64,000 nucleotides of DNA from Chiloscyllium plagiosum. Taxonomy: Eukaryota. The stretch lies in contig NC_057718.1 in NCBI RefSeq assembly GCF_004010195.1, positions 21,364,735-21,428,734 of the forward strand. Direction: 5' to 3'. Below are positions 27,563-38,310 of this stretch, one piece after another (the first letter of the stretch is position 1; every line of letters begins with the position of its first letter). The position numbers and the translations under genes were made by a program. Below the pieces are notes generated by a model. It was not told the origin of the DNA and did no database searches. It saw only the letters and a list, made by a program, of their open reading frames with translations.

Positions 27563-29462
27563 GAGCGATTGGAAGACAGAATTATTGATTGTTATTTGAA
27601 TCATTTGTGTAAAGTAGAAATCAACAGATCGGGGTCTTGTAGGTTTTACAAATCATCCATTTAGATCAACAGTGAGTAAAACTGCATGGGAAGTTAAACT
27701 GAACTGCAACCAATCCCACTACTTAAAAGTATAGTATAGTACTGTATTGTATTGTACTTAATGTATTGATGCATCTATGACAGACTGAGAAAAGAAAGAG
27801 AAATATAAAACATAGAAGAGTACAGCACAGAACAGGCCCTTTGGCCCACGATGTTGATCCGAGGTTTAATCCTAATGTAAAATATAATAACGTAACCTAC
27901 GCACCCCTCAACTCACTGCTATCCACGTGCATGTCCAGCAGTCGTTTAAATGTCCCTAATGACTCTGCTTCCAAATATAAACGAACACGATAGGAAACGA
28001 CATAGACCAGTTGATCTAAATATCCATTTTTCCTATAGTGCTAATTTTTTTTTGTGTAAAATCATGCAGGCACTACACAAAAGGTCTTTGACTTAAATAA
28101 AAATTAGCACGGTGCACCACAATTTACTAAAAAGAGTCAACAAACCGAGCTTTCAATCAACAAATTGAAATTAAATCTGTTTGTCCCACTTGAACAGGCC
28201 ACTGATGATAAAATTAAATGAACTGAATAGAATTCACTGAGCTCACATAGTTCCTAAAATTAAAATGCAAGGGGCTTTATATTGTTTTAGTTGCTCACTC
28301 AATTTAATTGCTGATGTTTTCAAACACAACAGAAACCGACTTTGCCGAAATATTTTTAAATGCTGTTATAAAAAAGAATACATTGACAAATCTGTATAAG
28401 ATATAATCTCACTATATATTTTACTGATACTTCCAAAGGAATTGAACATTGAACAGACTGAAGTGAATGCTTTTGTATTACTGCAGTTGATATTCTGAAC
28501 TTAATATTCTAGTAAGACAATTTTCAATTTCTCAAGGATGCAGTGCCACTGTATGATCAAAGAAATACTACAATGGATGCTCTGTATTCACAGATACAGT
28601 AACAAGTTAAATCAATTACATAATAAGCAGCATTTTATGCATACTTGTTGAAGCAGTTGACCCAGCAAAACAGTTAGCGTGTAAGAGATTGTTGTGTAGT
28701 TGCCAGTCTGCACCGAATCAGAGCTTGAGAGGTAAAAGACCACCACACTGTTTATATATTTGTGTTCATGCCCAAAAGCCATATTAAAATTGCTAAAGGT
28801 TTCATCAAAATATTTGCATGATCTTTATATATACATTATGGAAAATTTACCCTGTGCAAGGTTAATGAGTATTGTAGACCAGTTATGTATTAGCAAAATA
28901 AACAACCACTTGCATTGGTTTATCAATTTGCTCCATTCAGGACTAAGTCCTAAACACACACATACAGTACTAACAATGTGGTACGAAAAAGTAGTTTGCA
29001 TCTGACAACAGACTAAGTAGCGTGTTATCAGTTCTACAGATTTAAACAACATGATTTCAGTTCCTGTGGCTTACTACAACCATGAATGCAGTTACCTTTT
29101 GTGCAACAGGTCGCACTACCAAATTCTGGGGAGGGGCACGCCACATTGTTATGAAACTGATCAGGAAATTACCCGAAAAGAACGTTACAACCATGTCCTG
29201 ACAGATCATTTCTCTCGCGTTAAAACGGTCTAAAAAGAACCGTTATATCCAATAGCTGTTTCAAGAGGATTCAGGCAAGGTTCAGAACTACAATTTAAGC
29301 TTTGGTAAGATAACTTTTTTTAATAATCACCCCACCGACCCCCCCATCTCAAATTTGATAGATCGCTGATACGAACCATCTCCCCGCAAATAAAAAGAAA
29401 ATCACCATCTCCCTAGTTAGAGATAAACAACATTGACTTTAAAAAAATCTTAAGTACTCTAC

Positions 29463-29762
29463 CTTTTGATCCACAATAGAGCAAACAAGGTCTTTGACGG
29501 CGGAGAGGGAGATATCCTGAGCCTCGATGGTAACTGGTTCCCGGGTGAGGCCGATCTGCAGGAGGAAGGAGACGCCGTTGAAGGATCCCCGGGAATTGGT
29601 GGGACTCGGGGCGCTGAGGCTCCCGTTGGAAAGCCGGCCAGACAGTATACCGCTAGCGGGCGGGGATAGCGATGGGGTCGGCGAGGAGGCAGGCAGCGGC
29701 AACACCGGCGGTAACAATTTCTGCGACACGGGAGGAGATGAGTTGCTGCCGTTGGCTGACAT
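29463..29762 (-). CDS. PRKD3: Serine/threonine-protein kinase D3, first coding exon (100 codons)
   Basis: MSANGSNSSPP..GRLSNGSLSAPSPTNSRGS..VSFLLQIGLTREPVTIEAQDISLSAVKDLVCSIVDQK matches the recognisable N-terminus of vertebrate PRKD3; ends at a phase-0 AAG|GTAGAG donor (GT at 29462-29461). Confidence 0.95.
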
Positions 29763-30056
29763 CTGGCTTCTCTAGGCGATAAATTTCAATTTAGAAACTT
29801 CCAGCGTTCCAAAACTAAAACAACAAATGTTTTTTTTAAAAGGGGCAAAACTGCAGTTGGTTTGTCTATTTGGACAAGGGTACAAGGATTAGCGGGCTAA
29901 CATTTGGTGAGAAGTTTGTTTAGCTGCAGCCTAGTTAAGTTCCACTCATGTTCCCTCCCCCCGCAACTCTGCTTTCCTCCTCTCACTCTCCCTCTCTCGC
30001 TGTTCTGTAGTTTCAGTCCGCCGTCGCCAGACGTTCAATCCGTCACCGGAAATACC
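29763..30056 (-). other. PRKD3: Probable 5'UTR part of the PRKD3 ATG-containing exon
   Basis: Strong minus-strand acceptor CCCCCCCTTCTCTCTTTTGCAG|G (AG at 30058-30057); weaker alternative TTGTTGTTTTAG| at 29816-29815. Confidence 0.6.
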
Positions 30057-31419
30057 CTGCAAAAGAGAGAAGGGGGGGCTCGATGAAAAGAAGATGTTTT
30101 ATTACTAACGTACACACTAATACCGACAATCCAACGCCCAGAGGATGTGCAAACATTTAAGTTATAAGCAATCACCCGGTTGTGGGGGAGGGGAAGATGA
30201 AAGGAGAGAGATTTGGCTCTGAATGTTGTTACAGCAAAGAAACAGCTTCCCACTTAAAGCGCAAAATCATTAACTTCAAAACAGTTCAGAAGGCCAGCTG
30301 CAGACCCTTACTTTTCCACCGTTACATAAAGCTGTTTAAGTTCCATTTCCCGCTAGAGTCATTATAACGATAAAGAGCGAGGGTAGGGGTGTATTCAGTG
30401 AAGAGTTTTAATCGACAGGATAGCCCTAAGTCTCTCATCCGTTCATCTCCATTCACATTAATTACCACTGGTTCGACACACGTCGGTTTTTTTTTTGGAG
30501 CATTTTCTGCGTCTGTTTAGAATTCATCTGACGAGGCTGTCGATAGTTGACGGCGACACGTATCGTCCAGAACACATGTACAGTATTTGGTGACACCAAT
30601 CGCCCAATAAATAATCAGTTACCAAGCCACAGGAGTTTCTATAACGCATGACATGAAAACAGCTGCTTTCAACTGAAGATCTGTAACAACGTTACAAGTG
30701 GGCAAGTGAAGGTTATTGCATCTGCTGCAACGTGTTACTTTTAATCCATATTCTGACTGACAGCAGGTTATCAAACTTTCACCAGACATCCGATGATGTG
30801 ATCCCCGGTCCGCACTTTAATTTGCGGATTTCGACAGATTTGTATCCACCGACGAACGTATAATAGTGTTTGCCGTAAAATAATTTGTCATTTGTAAGTT
30901 TGTAAAGTAGATACTCCTCCATGAATATTTCTTCGGTGCTAATAGTTACCACGAACTGCGCAGTTACCATAACACCTGAAGATGTGTACTGTCCAAGGCA
31001 ATGCCATATTAACAAGAGCTTACATGAACATACTGGACCTTTACATAGACAGTTGGAACTACTTAGGTGTGATATGAAGTAAAAAGCAGGGAAATCAGAC
31101 TGGATAGTTCCAGTTTAACAGACTTGCTGGTCCACATACCATGTGGTCAATTACTTCTTTCGGTGATATACTTTCTACGATTCTACAGAAACTGGATCAA
31201 AGGTTACTAAGTACGCTAATTTTGTTGGTAAGATGAAATAACAGGAAAATCATTCCTTTGGAATCGCGTTTGCAACACAGAATGAAAAATCAAGCTGGTG
31301 CTGCTATTTTATATTGATCGCCATATATTCCCCCTGTACACCGCACACCTGAAATCTGAGCAAAAACGTTATCTCTTCCGCAGCAGTGATGATCGGGATG
31401 GACATCGAAATTACTCTAC

Positions 31420-31810
31420 AGTTCCTTGGGAGCCTCGGAAGTTGAGACGTTACCATATAGAGGTTTATAAAATCATGAGAGGCAAGAATAGGGTAAATAG
31501 ACAAGGTATTTTCTCTGGAGTAGGGGGGTCTAGAACGAGAGAGTGTAGGTTTAAGGTGAGAGGGGAAAGATTTAAAAGGAACCTAAGTGGCAACTATTTC
31601 ATGCAGAGGATAATAGTGCAGAGGAAGTGGTGGAGGTTCGTACAATTACAACATTAAAGAGGCTTCTGGATGAGTATATGAATAGGAAAGATTTAGTGGG
31701 ATATGGGCCAAGTGCTGGCAAATGAGACTAGATTAATTTAGGAAATCTGGTCGGCATGGCCGAGTTGGATCAAAGGGTCTGTTTCCGTGCTGTACATCTC
31801 TATGACTCTA
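31420..31810 (+). mobile_element. CR1 LINE 3' end
   Basis: IEVYKIMRG..FKVRGERFKR C-terminus and tail GTTTCCGTGCTGTACATCTCTATGACTCTA. Confidence 0.85.
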
Positions 31811-33879
31811 TCCATGACTAAGTCATAAACATCCAACTGGACGCGTTAACGGTTTGTGCCCACAGATGCTGCCAGATCTGCTGAGTTCCTTCAGTGATTT
31901 CTGTTTGTTTCAGATCTCCAGCATGCACAGTTGAGTTTTGTCAGCAATTACTATCTTTTTGTTTTATATCTCCAGCATCTACAGTTTTTTTAACTTATTG
32001 GTTGTGCCAGTTTTCCAAAATTGATTTGATCTTCATGCTGTGATTAAAACAGATCAGTGACCAGAATGCCAATGCAGTGCTCAGTTGGGAAATGTTTGTA
32101 TCCTGCAACATAGCCAGCAACTCGAGGCAGCAAGAATGGGGCTTTTCAGACTGGCTGAAGTTACATAATTATAAAACTTGAAGTACTATTTGGCAAGTGA
32201 AGTGGGGAAGATTTTAATGAACACTGATGATTTGATTTCTAACTTCATTTATGCATAAAAGTGCATGCCTTTAAATGAAGAAAATTCAAAAATGCACTTC
32301 TTGCATAGATAATATCAATTTTTAACATCCTAATGTTTTTAATTCACAGAGATACTGTCAGGAATAGTCATTATTAGACATGGCAAAAGCTTCATATTCT
32401 GGAAAACTGAAACAATTAGAAAATGTTAGAAGTACTGCAGTGAGAAGGAGGTGGACATTTGGACAGATCCCTATTTAAACCATTTTTGAGTTTCTCACAC
32501 TTTTTTACAGAGAGGCACAGTCATTAGTCATTAACAAATTCATTAGATCCAAACAACAACATTTGGAAGAACATCAAAGTATCCCATATGAAGATATCCC
32601 ATAAACTCTCGACAGTAATCCCACTCCCTTTAAAATTTGCTTCATATGATTAGACAAAAAATAAGCTTTTGTCCATAAAGCACAGCTGTACTCACATCTG
32701 CAAGTTGGTTGCTGGGATATTTATTTGCCTGAAGTGACTGAGATCTCAAAAGGTAGTTAAGTAACTTTTGTTATTTTTGGTTCCCAATCAATTGAATCTG
32801 GTCTACACATAAAATTCATCCTCAATTTGAATACTGAGTCAAGGGCACAGAGCAACCCTTGCAAGATAAAAGTCGTCAACCTTAATTTACTAAAGTGTCT
32901 GTACCATAACTGGGTCAAGGACAACGTGGCTTCCCTCTAGGGAATATACTTGTTTTTATATTTAAAAAAAAACTCACCTTCAATTACATAATGATATGGC
33001 GACGCGATTCGGGAATACATTTTATCAACTTCGCGAAAACGGGTAGAGACCAAACACGTACGAGACAAACTGTGTTTTCTTATGATATAATAAGTAGAGA
33101 TAGTGTGTCAAAAGCGTAAGATGTTAGAAACGAAAGAGAACATGCGATCAATTTTCACTTGAACATGTAATCATTATAAAATACTCAAGTTTTTTTTAAA
33201 GGGGGCAAATAGTAAACAGAGACGCCCACTTCCAACTATTTAACAATGGGATGTTCCGTTATTCCACGGGGATTTTCCCATATCAGTCAATCTCGTCACG
33301 CCACTGTAAACAACAAATCTAACTAGGATCAGAGTAGACCTTAACATAGTCCAAGGAAGAGCAAAGTATAATGAACTCTTCCATTTCAATTTGAATTATG
33401 CGATTATTAGATGTTTCGAAAAGATAAGCGCCCCTTACAATTCAATCGCTCCCGTTACCCTTTAAAATTAAAGCGCAAAAAGATGTGCTGAAGATGCTCA
33501 CCAAGCATAGAGTCCTCTGCAGCTTTCTAACATGTCATTCAAAGACAGAAAAGCTGAAGCATACGGCTCTGGTTAAAACTTTGGCGTCATATCTGATTCG
33601 GTTTTAAAAAAACGAATTCGATTCCATGAAAATTAACTGAGACCAATGTGCAACACCGGCCTCCACTTTACAATCGTGACATTCTTTAAGTTAGAAACAC
33701 ACAAACAACATTTACAATAGCTGTGAAGGAAAACTGGACCCTGTTGTCTTCACACCAGAACTTTACCCATCAATGAACAGCTTTCCAACACGGACGGTTG
33801 ATTGATGCAGAATGAGTTTTCTTCCCAAACAACAAGTTTATCCTATTCACTTTTAAGATCAGCAATTTTTTGTGTTAAT

Positions 33880-34330
33880 TCGGAACGCACTCACTCTTTT
33901 CCACCCAGTTGCTGAAGTTTTCTTCAGAACACTTCGTTCCGTCCACTTCATCTGTACTTCATGTCCCTCCACCCCGCAACTGCGTAACCAAAGAGAAATG
34001 GGAGGCGGGGGAGACGGCGCAACTGTCGCATGGCATCGTGGGAGTCGTAGTCCTCCGGGCTGGCGGTTTCCTTCTGTCTTCAATGGGAAGTGGTGTGATT
34101 GATAGACTACAACTCCCGACGTGCTCGGGAGAGTTCCAGCGCACATGTGCAATTGCTCAAACCCCGCTCCCTCCGTGCGGTCACGGCCAAGGCGCGGTTT
34201 CTAACGGTTTTTGCGGAGAGAGGCTGCGTCTGGAATTTGCCCTCCGCTCCCCCTCAGTAAAGTGATATCAGAGGCAGCAAAGGTGTAGGTGCCAGTAGGG
34301 ACAGGCATCTATCGTTCGCGTGTAGAATTA
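33880..34330. promoter_or_regulatory. CpG-rich promoter-like region, likely the PRKD3 promoter/non-coding exon 1
   Basis: Locally high GC/CpG in an AT-rich, CpG-depleted window; two SBS-type motifs; minus-strand donor AGA|GTGAGT at 33894-33889; about 4 kb upstream of the coding exon. Confidence 0.6.
34031..34126. promoter_or_regulatory. Divergent pair of ZNF143/THAP11-type ACTACA-SBS motifs
   Basis: Minus 34052-34031 GACTACGACTCCCACGATGCCA; plus 34105-34126 GACTACAACTCCCGACGTGCTC; consensus ACTACAnnTCCCAnnATGC. Confidence 0.7.
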
Positions 34331-34753
34331 AACAGGCCCGTGGTTGGCGAGCCAAGTTCAACAGCAAGTCCAGTTTCCATGGAGACCAGGAGGCTCGAGC
34401 TGCCTGTCACTTCCCCAGACATTTGGAGCAGCAGATCAGCTGCACAGTTATTGTATACGTTATCCGGAAAGATCGCAAAGTCCTGATGCGATGCTTAGCT
34501 TATCCGGCATTCGATTATCCGAACATCTAATTATCCAACAAAATACTCAATGTCATTCGGATAATCAACATTTCTCCAGCAACACATTATTTGACTTTCA
34601 TTAATTGTGACATCTTTGAATAAATGCTATATTTTAACACAAAGATTTGCATTAATGGTCCATTTTGGGAAAAAAAGTAATCGACCTGAGCCGCTAAACC
34701 TACTTTACTGTTTCTCCACAGATGTTGATTAGATTACATACACTGTGGAAACA

Positions 34754-34965
34754 TGATTTGGAGATGCCGGTGTTGGACTGGGGTGTACAAAGTTAAAAAT
34801 CACACAACACCAGGTTATAGTCCAACAGGTTTAATTGGAAGCACACTAGCTTTCGGAGCGACGCTCCTTCATCACCTTACTATCACCTGATGAAGGAGCG
34901 TCGCTCCGAAAGCTAGTGTGCTTCCAATTAAACCTGTTGGACTATAACCTGGTGTGTGATTTTTA
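34754..34965. mobile_element. Young palindromic PLE family B mini-element with 12-bp TSD
   Basis: ACTGTGGAAACA at 34742-34753 and 34966-34977; near-perfect inverted arms about 34792-34874 and 34888-34967. Confidence 0.85.
34884..34918 (+). ncRNA. Minimal type-I hammerhead ribozyme motif, core intact
   Basis: CAC-CTGATGA-A-GGAGC-GTC-GCTCC-GAA-AGCT-A-GTG: stem I CAC/GTG, stem II GGAGC/GCTCC, palindromic stem III AGCT, predicted cut after A34915 (CUA). Confidence 0.75.
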
Positions 34966-35299
34966 ACTGTGGAAACAGGCCCTTCGGCCCAACCAGTCCA
35001 CACTGACCCTCCAAAGATTAACCCATCTTGACCCATTTCCCTCTGACTAATGTACCTAACACTATGGGCAATTTATCATGGCCAATTCACCTAACCTGCA
35101 CATCTTTGGACTGTGGGAGGAAACCAGAGCACCCGGAGGAAACCCACGCAGACACGAGGACAATGTGCAAACTCCACAGAGACAGACACAGAAAGCCCTG
35201 AGCTTTCACTATTTGGAGAGTTTTTGGTTTTCTGTTAGTTGCATCGGCGTGTTGAAGTCATTTCCCAATTTAGCCATAGGGTATTAATCTAGATGAAGA

Positions 35300-36050
35300 A
35301 TCATACCAGGTCAGAGATTTAACAATTCAACGGGGTGCTGCATTTTGGAAAAGCGAATCAGAGCAGGACGTATACACTTAATGTTAAGGTCCGAGGGAGT
35401 GTTCTGAACAAAGAGACATGGGAGTGCAAGTTCATAATTCATAGTTCGCAGAGTCACAGATAGATAGGATAGAGCGTTGAGTAGAGGAGTTGGGAAGTTG
35501 CAACTGTGCAGGACATTGATTAGGCCACTTTTGGAATATTGCATGCAATTCTGGTCTACTTTCTATCCTGTGAAACTTGAAAGGGTTCAGAAAAGACTTA
35601 CAAGGATGTTGCCAGGGTTGAAGGATTTGAACTATAGGGAGAGGCTGAACAGGCTGGGGCTGTTTTCCCTGGAGCAACTGAGAGGTCACCTTATAGAAGT
35701 TTGTAAAATCATGAAGGCATGGATAGGATAAATAGATCAGGTCTTTTCCCTTGGGTTGGGGTGGGGAGGGTGTCCAGAACGAGAGGGCATAGGTTCAGGG
35801 TGAGAGGGGGAAGATAAAAAAGGGACCTAAGGGACAATTTCTTCACGCAGAGGGAATGAGATCCAGAGGAAGTGGTGGAGAGTGGTACAATTACAGCATT
35901 TATCTGGATGGGTATTTGAATAGGAAGGGTTTAGAGGGATATGAGCCAAGTGCTGGCAAATAGAACTGGATTAGATTAGGATATCTGGTCAGCATGGACA
36001 AATTGGACCGAAGGGTCTGTTTCCATGTTGAACATCACTATGACTCTATT
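35300..36050 (+). mobile_element. CR1 LINE 3' fragment
   Basis: RPLLEYCMQFWS..LERVQKRLTRMLPGL..YRERLNRLGLFSLE and CR1 tail. Confidence 0.85.
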
Positions 36051-36120
36051 AAGAAAACATTAATGAAGGCTACTCTTATTACTTCAATGTGTGTTATCTA
36101 ACAGAGGGAGGTAGTGTACT

Positions 36121-36395
36121 AGGCAAAAATGAGGACTGCACATGCTCGAAACCAAAGTTTAGATCAGAGTGGTGCTGGAAAAGCACAGCAGGTCACGCAG
36201 CATCCGAGGAGCAGGAAAATCGACGTTTCAGGCAAAAGCCCATCATCAGGAATAAAGACAGGAAGCCTCCAAGGTTGAGAGATTATTTGGGGGGGATGTG
36301 CTGGGGAGGAGGTAGCAAAGAGTACAATAGGTGAATGGGGGTGGGGATGGAGGTGATAGGTCAGAGAAGAGGGTGGGGGAAGATAACAAAGGTAT
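36121..36395 (-). mobile_element. PLE family A 3' fragment with 10-bp TSD
   Basis: GTAGTGTACT at 36111-36120 and 36396-36405; reverse complement of about 2560-2812. Confidence 0.75.
36218..36253 (-). ncRNA. Minimal type-I hammerhead ribozyme motif, core intact
   Basis: Minus strand ATTC-CTGATGA-T-GGGC-TTTT-GCCT-GAA-ACGT-C-GATT: palindromic stem III ACGT, GUC cleavage triplet, weak stem I. Confidence 0.65.
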
Positions 36396-37069
36396 GTAGT
36401 GTACTGTCAGTTCATTATTCAATTGCTGCTTTATATCTCATGTTTTTCATTCACTCGGGGACGTGGGCTTTGCTAACTGGGCAAATAGATGGTGGCTCGT
36501 ATACGCAATGAACTGCCGGAGGAGATGGCAGATGCTGGTATAGTTACAACATTTAAAAGACGTTTCGACAAGCACATGACTAAGAGAGGTTTAGAGGTCT
36601 CTGGGTCAAATGCAGGCAAATGGGACTACTTTAGTTTGAGAAACCTGGTCAGCATGGATGAGTTGGACCCAAGAGTCTGTGTCCATGCTGTATGATTCAG
36701 ACTCTACTAGATGTTAGTTTTGTCTCAGTTACTTCACCTGGCTTAACAGCTGCTGTATCTTTGTCACCTTGATGCCTTTTGACCAATGCAGAATATCTCT
36801 CATTGTTTACTCCTTCGGTAGACTCTTTCCTTTGATTGTGACTATATACAGTTTGAGATAAAATGTTCCCTAATGTTGTCTAACTGGGAATTTCCAATCT
36901 CAGCAATGTTTCATCACCTGGCATCATATCAAACCATATGGCTTCCCTTCTATAGCACTATTTCTTTTAGCTTTACTATCATTCCACTCTGGCATCATGG
37001 TACATATTTTGCGTTCAAAAAACTGTTCAAATGGTCTCTTTCCTATCATTGGTAAGCCTAACATAGGTA

Positions 37070-38310
37070 GTAGGGGAAATTCTTGAATCCATTATCAAGG
37101 ACTTTATAGCGGACCATTTAGAAAGCAGTGGCATGATCAGACAGAGTCAGTGTGGATTTATGAAGAGGATATCATGCTTGACAAATCTGTTGGAATTCTA
37201 TGAAGATTAGATCAGATTAGATTGCTTACAATGTGGAAACAGGCCGTTCGGCCCAACCAGTCCACACCAACCCTCCAAAGAGTAACCCACCCAGACCTAT
37301 TTCCCTCTGACAAATGCACCTAACACTATCGGCAAGTTATCATGGCCAATTCACCTGGCCTGCACATCTTTGAACTGTGGAAGGAAACCGGAGCACCCAG
37401 AGGAAACTCACGCAGACACGGGAAGAATGTGCAAATCCATACAGACAGTCGCCCAAGGTTGGAATCGAACCTGGGACCCTGGTGCTGTGAGGCAGCAGTG
37501 CTAACCACTGAGCCATCATGCCCCCCACTAAAGATATAACTAGTAGAGTTGACCAGGGGGAGCAAGTCAATATGGTATATTTCGACTTTCAGAAAGCGTT
37601 TGACAAAGTCCTACTTAAGAGACTTTTGTGCAAAATTAAAGCGAATGGGATTTGGGGAAGTGTATTGAAATGGATAGAAAACTGGTTGGCAGAGAGGAAA
37701 CAAAGAGTAGGAACTAATGGATCCTTTTCAAATTAGCAGGCAGTAACTAGTGGGGTGCCACAGCCTTTCACAATATATATCAATGATTCGGATGAGGGAA
37801 CAAAATGTAACATCTCAAAGTTTCTGGATGGTGCCAAATTGAGTGGGAGGCTGAACTGTGATGATGATGGAGAGATTCTTCGTCATGATCTAGCCAGGTT
37901 GGGTTGTTAGGTTATTTTTCTTACGATTCTTGAACATTTGATGCAACTGCAAAATGCCAACATCTGTGAACAATCAAAATTTATTAAGCAAGTACAAGCT
38001 TTGAACAGTGAGAACCTTTTCCCTTGTATAGTGATGGTTAGCACGAGGGGACATAGCTTTAAATCGCGGGTGATAGATATCGGACAGATGTCAGAGGTAG
38101 TTTCTTTACTCAGAGAGTAGTAGGAGCATGGAATGCACTGTCTGCAACAGTAGTAGACTCATCAACTTTAAGGGCATTTAAATGGTTATTGGATAGGCAA
38201 ATTAACAAGAATGGAATAGTGTAGGTTAGATGGGCTTCAGATTGGTTTCACAAGTTGTTGCAACATTGAGGGCCGAAGGGCCTGTACTGCACTGTAATGT
38301 TCTATGTTCT
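37070..38310 (+). mobile_element. CR1 RT fragments with nested minus-strand SINE (37205-37527)
   Basis: VYFDFQKAFDKV..WIENWLAERKQRVG; SINE head GGCATGATGGCTCAGTGGTTAGCACTGC on minus strand; CR1 tail TGTTCTATGTTCT at about 38300. Confidence 0.85.

Larger units (their letters stand above)
34726..35190 (-). mobile_element. tRNA-derived SINE (5' truncated), interrupted by a PLE mini-element
   Basis: Reverse complement of the SINE body/tail (GATTAGATTAC..GGAAACAGGCCCTTCGGCCCAAC..GTGCAAACTCCACA). Confidence 0.85.

Noticed and set aside
30103..30109. Perfect TACTAAC branch-point motif near the PRKD3 acceptor
   Set aside because: It is on the plus strand, opposite to PRKD3
33859..34265. Overlapping ORFs in the CpG-rich region
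   Set aside because: No recognisable protein; expected from high GC content
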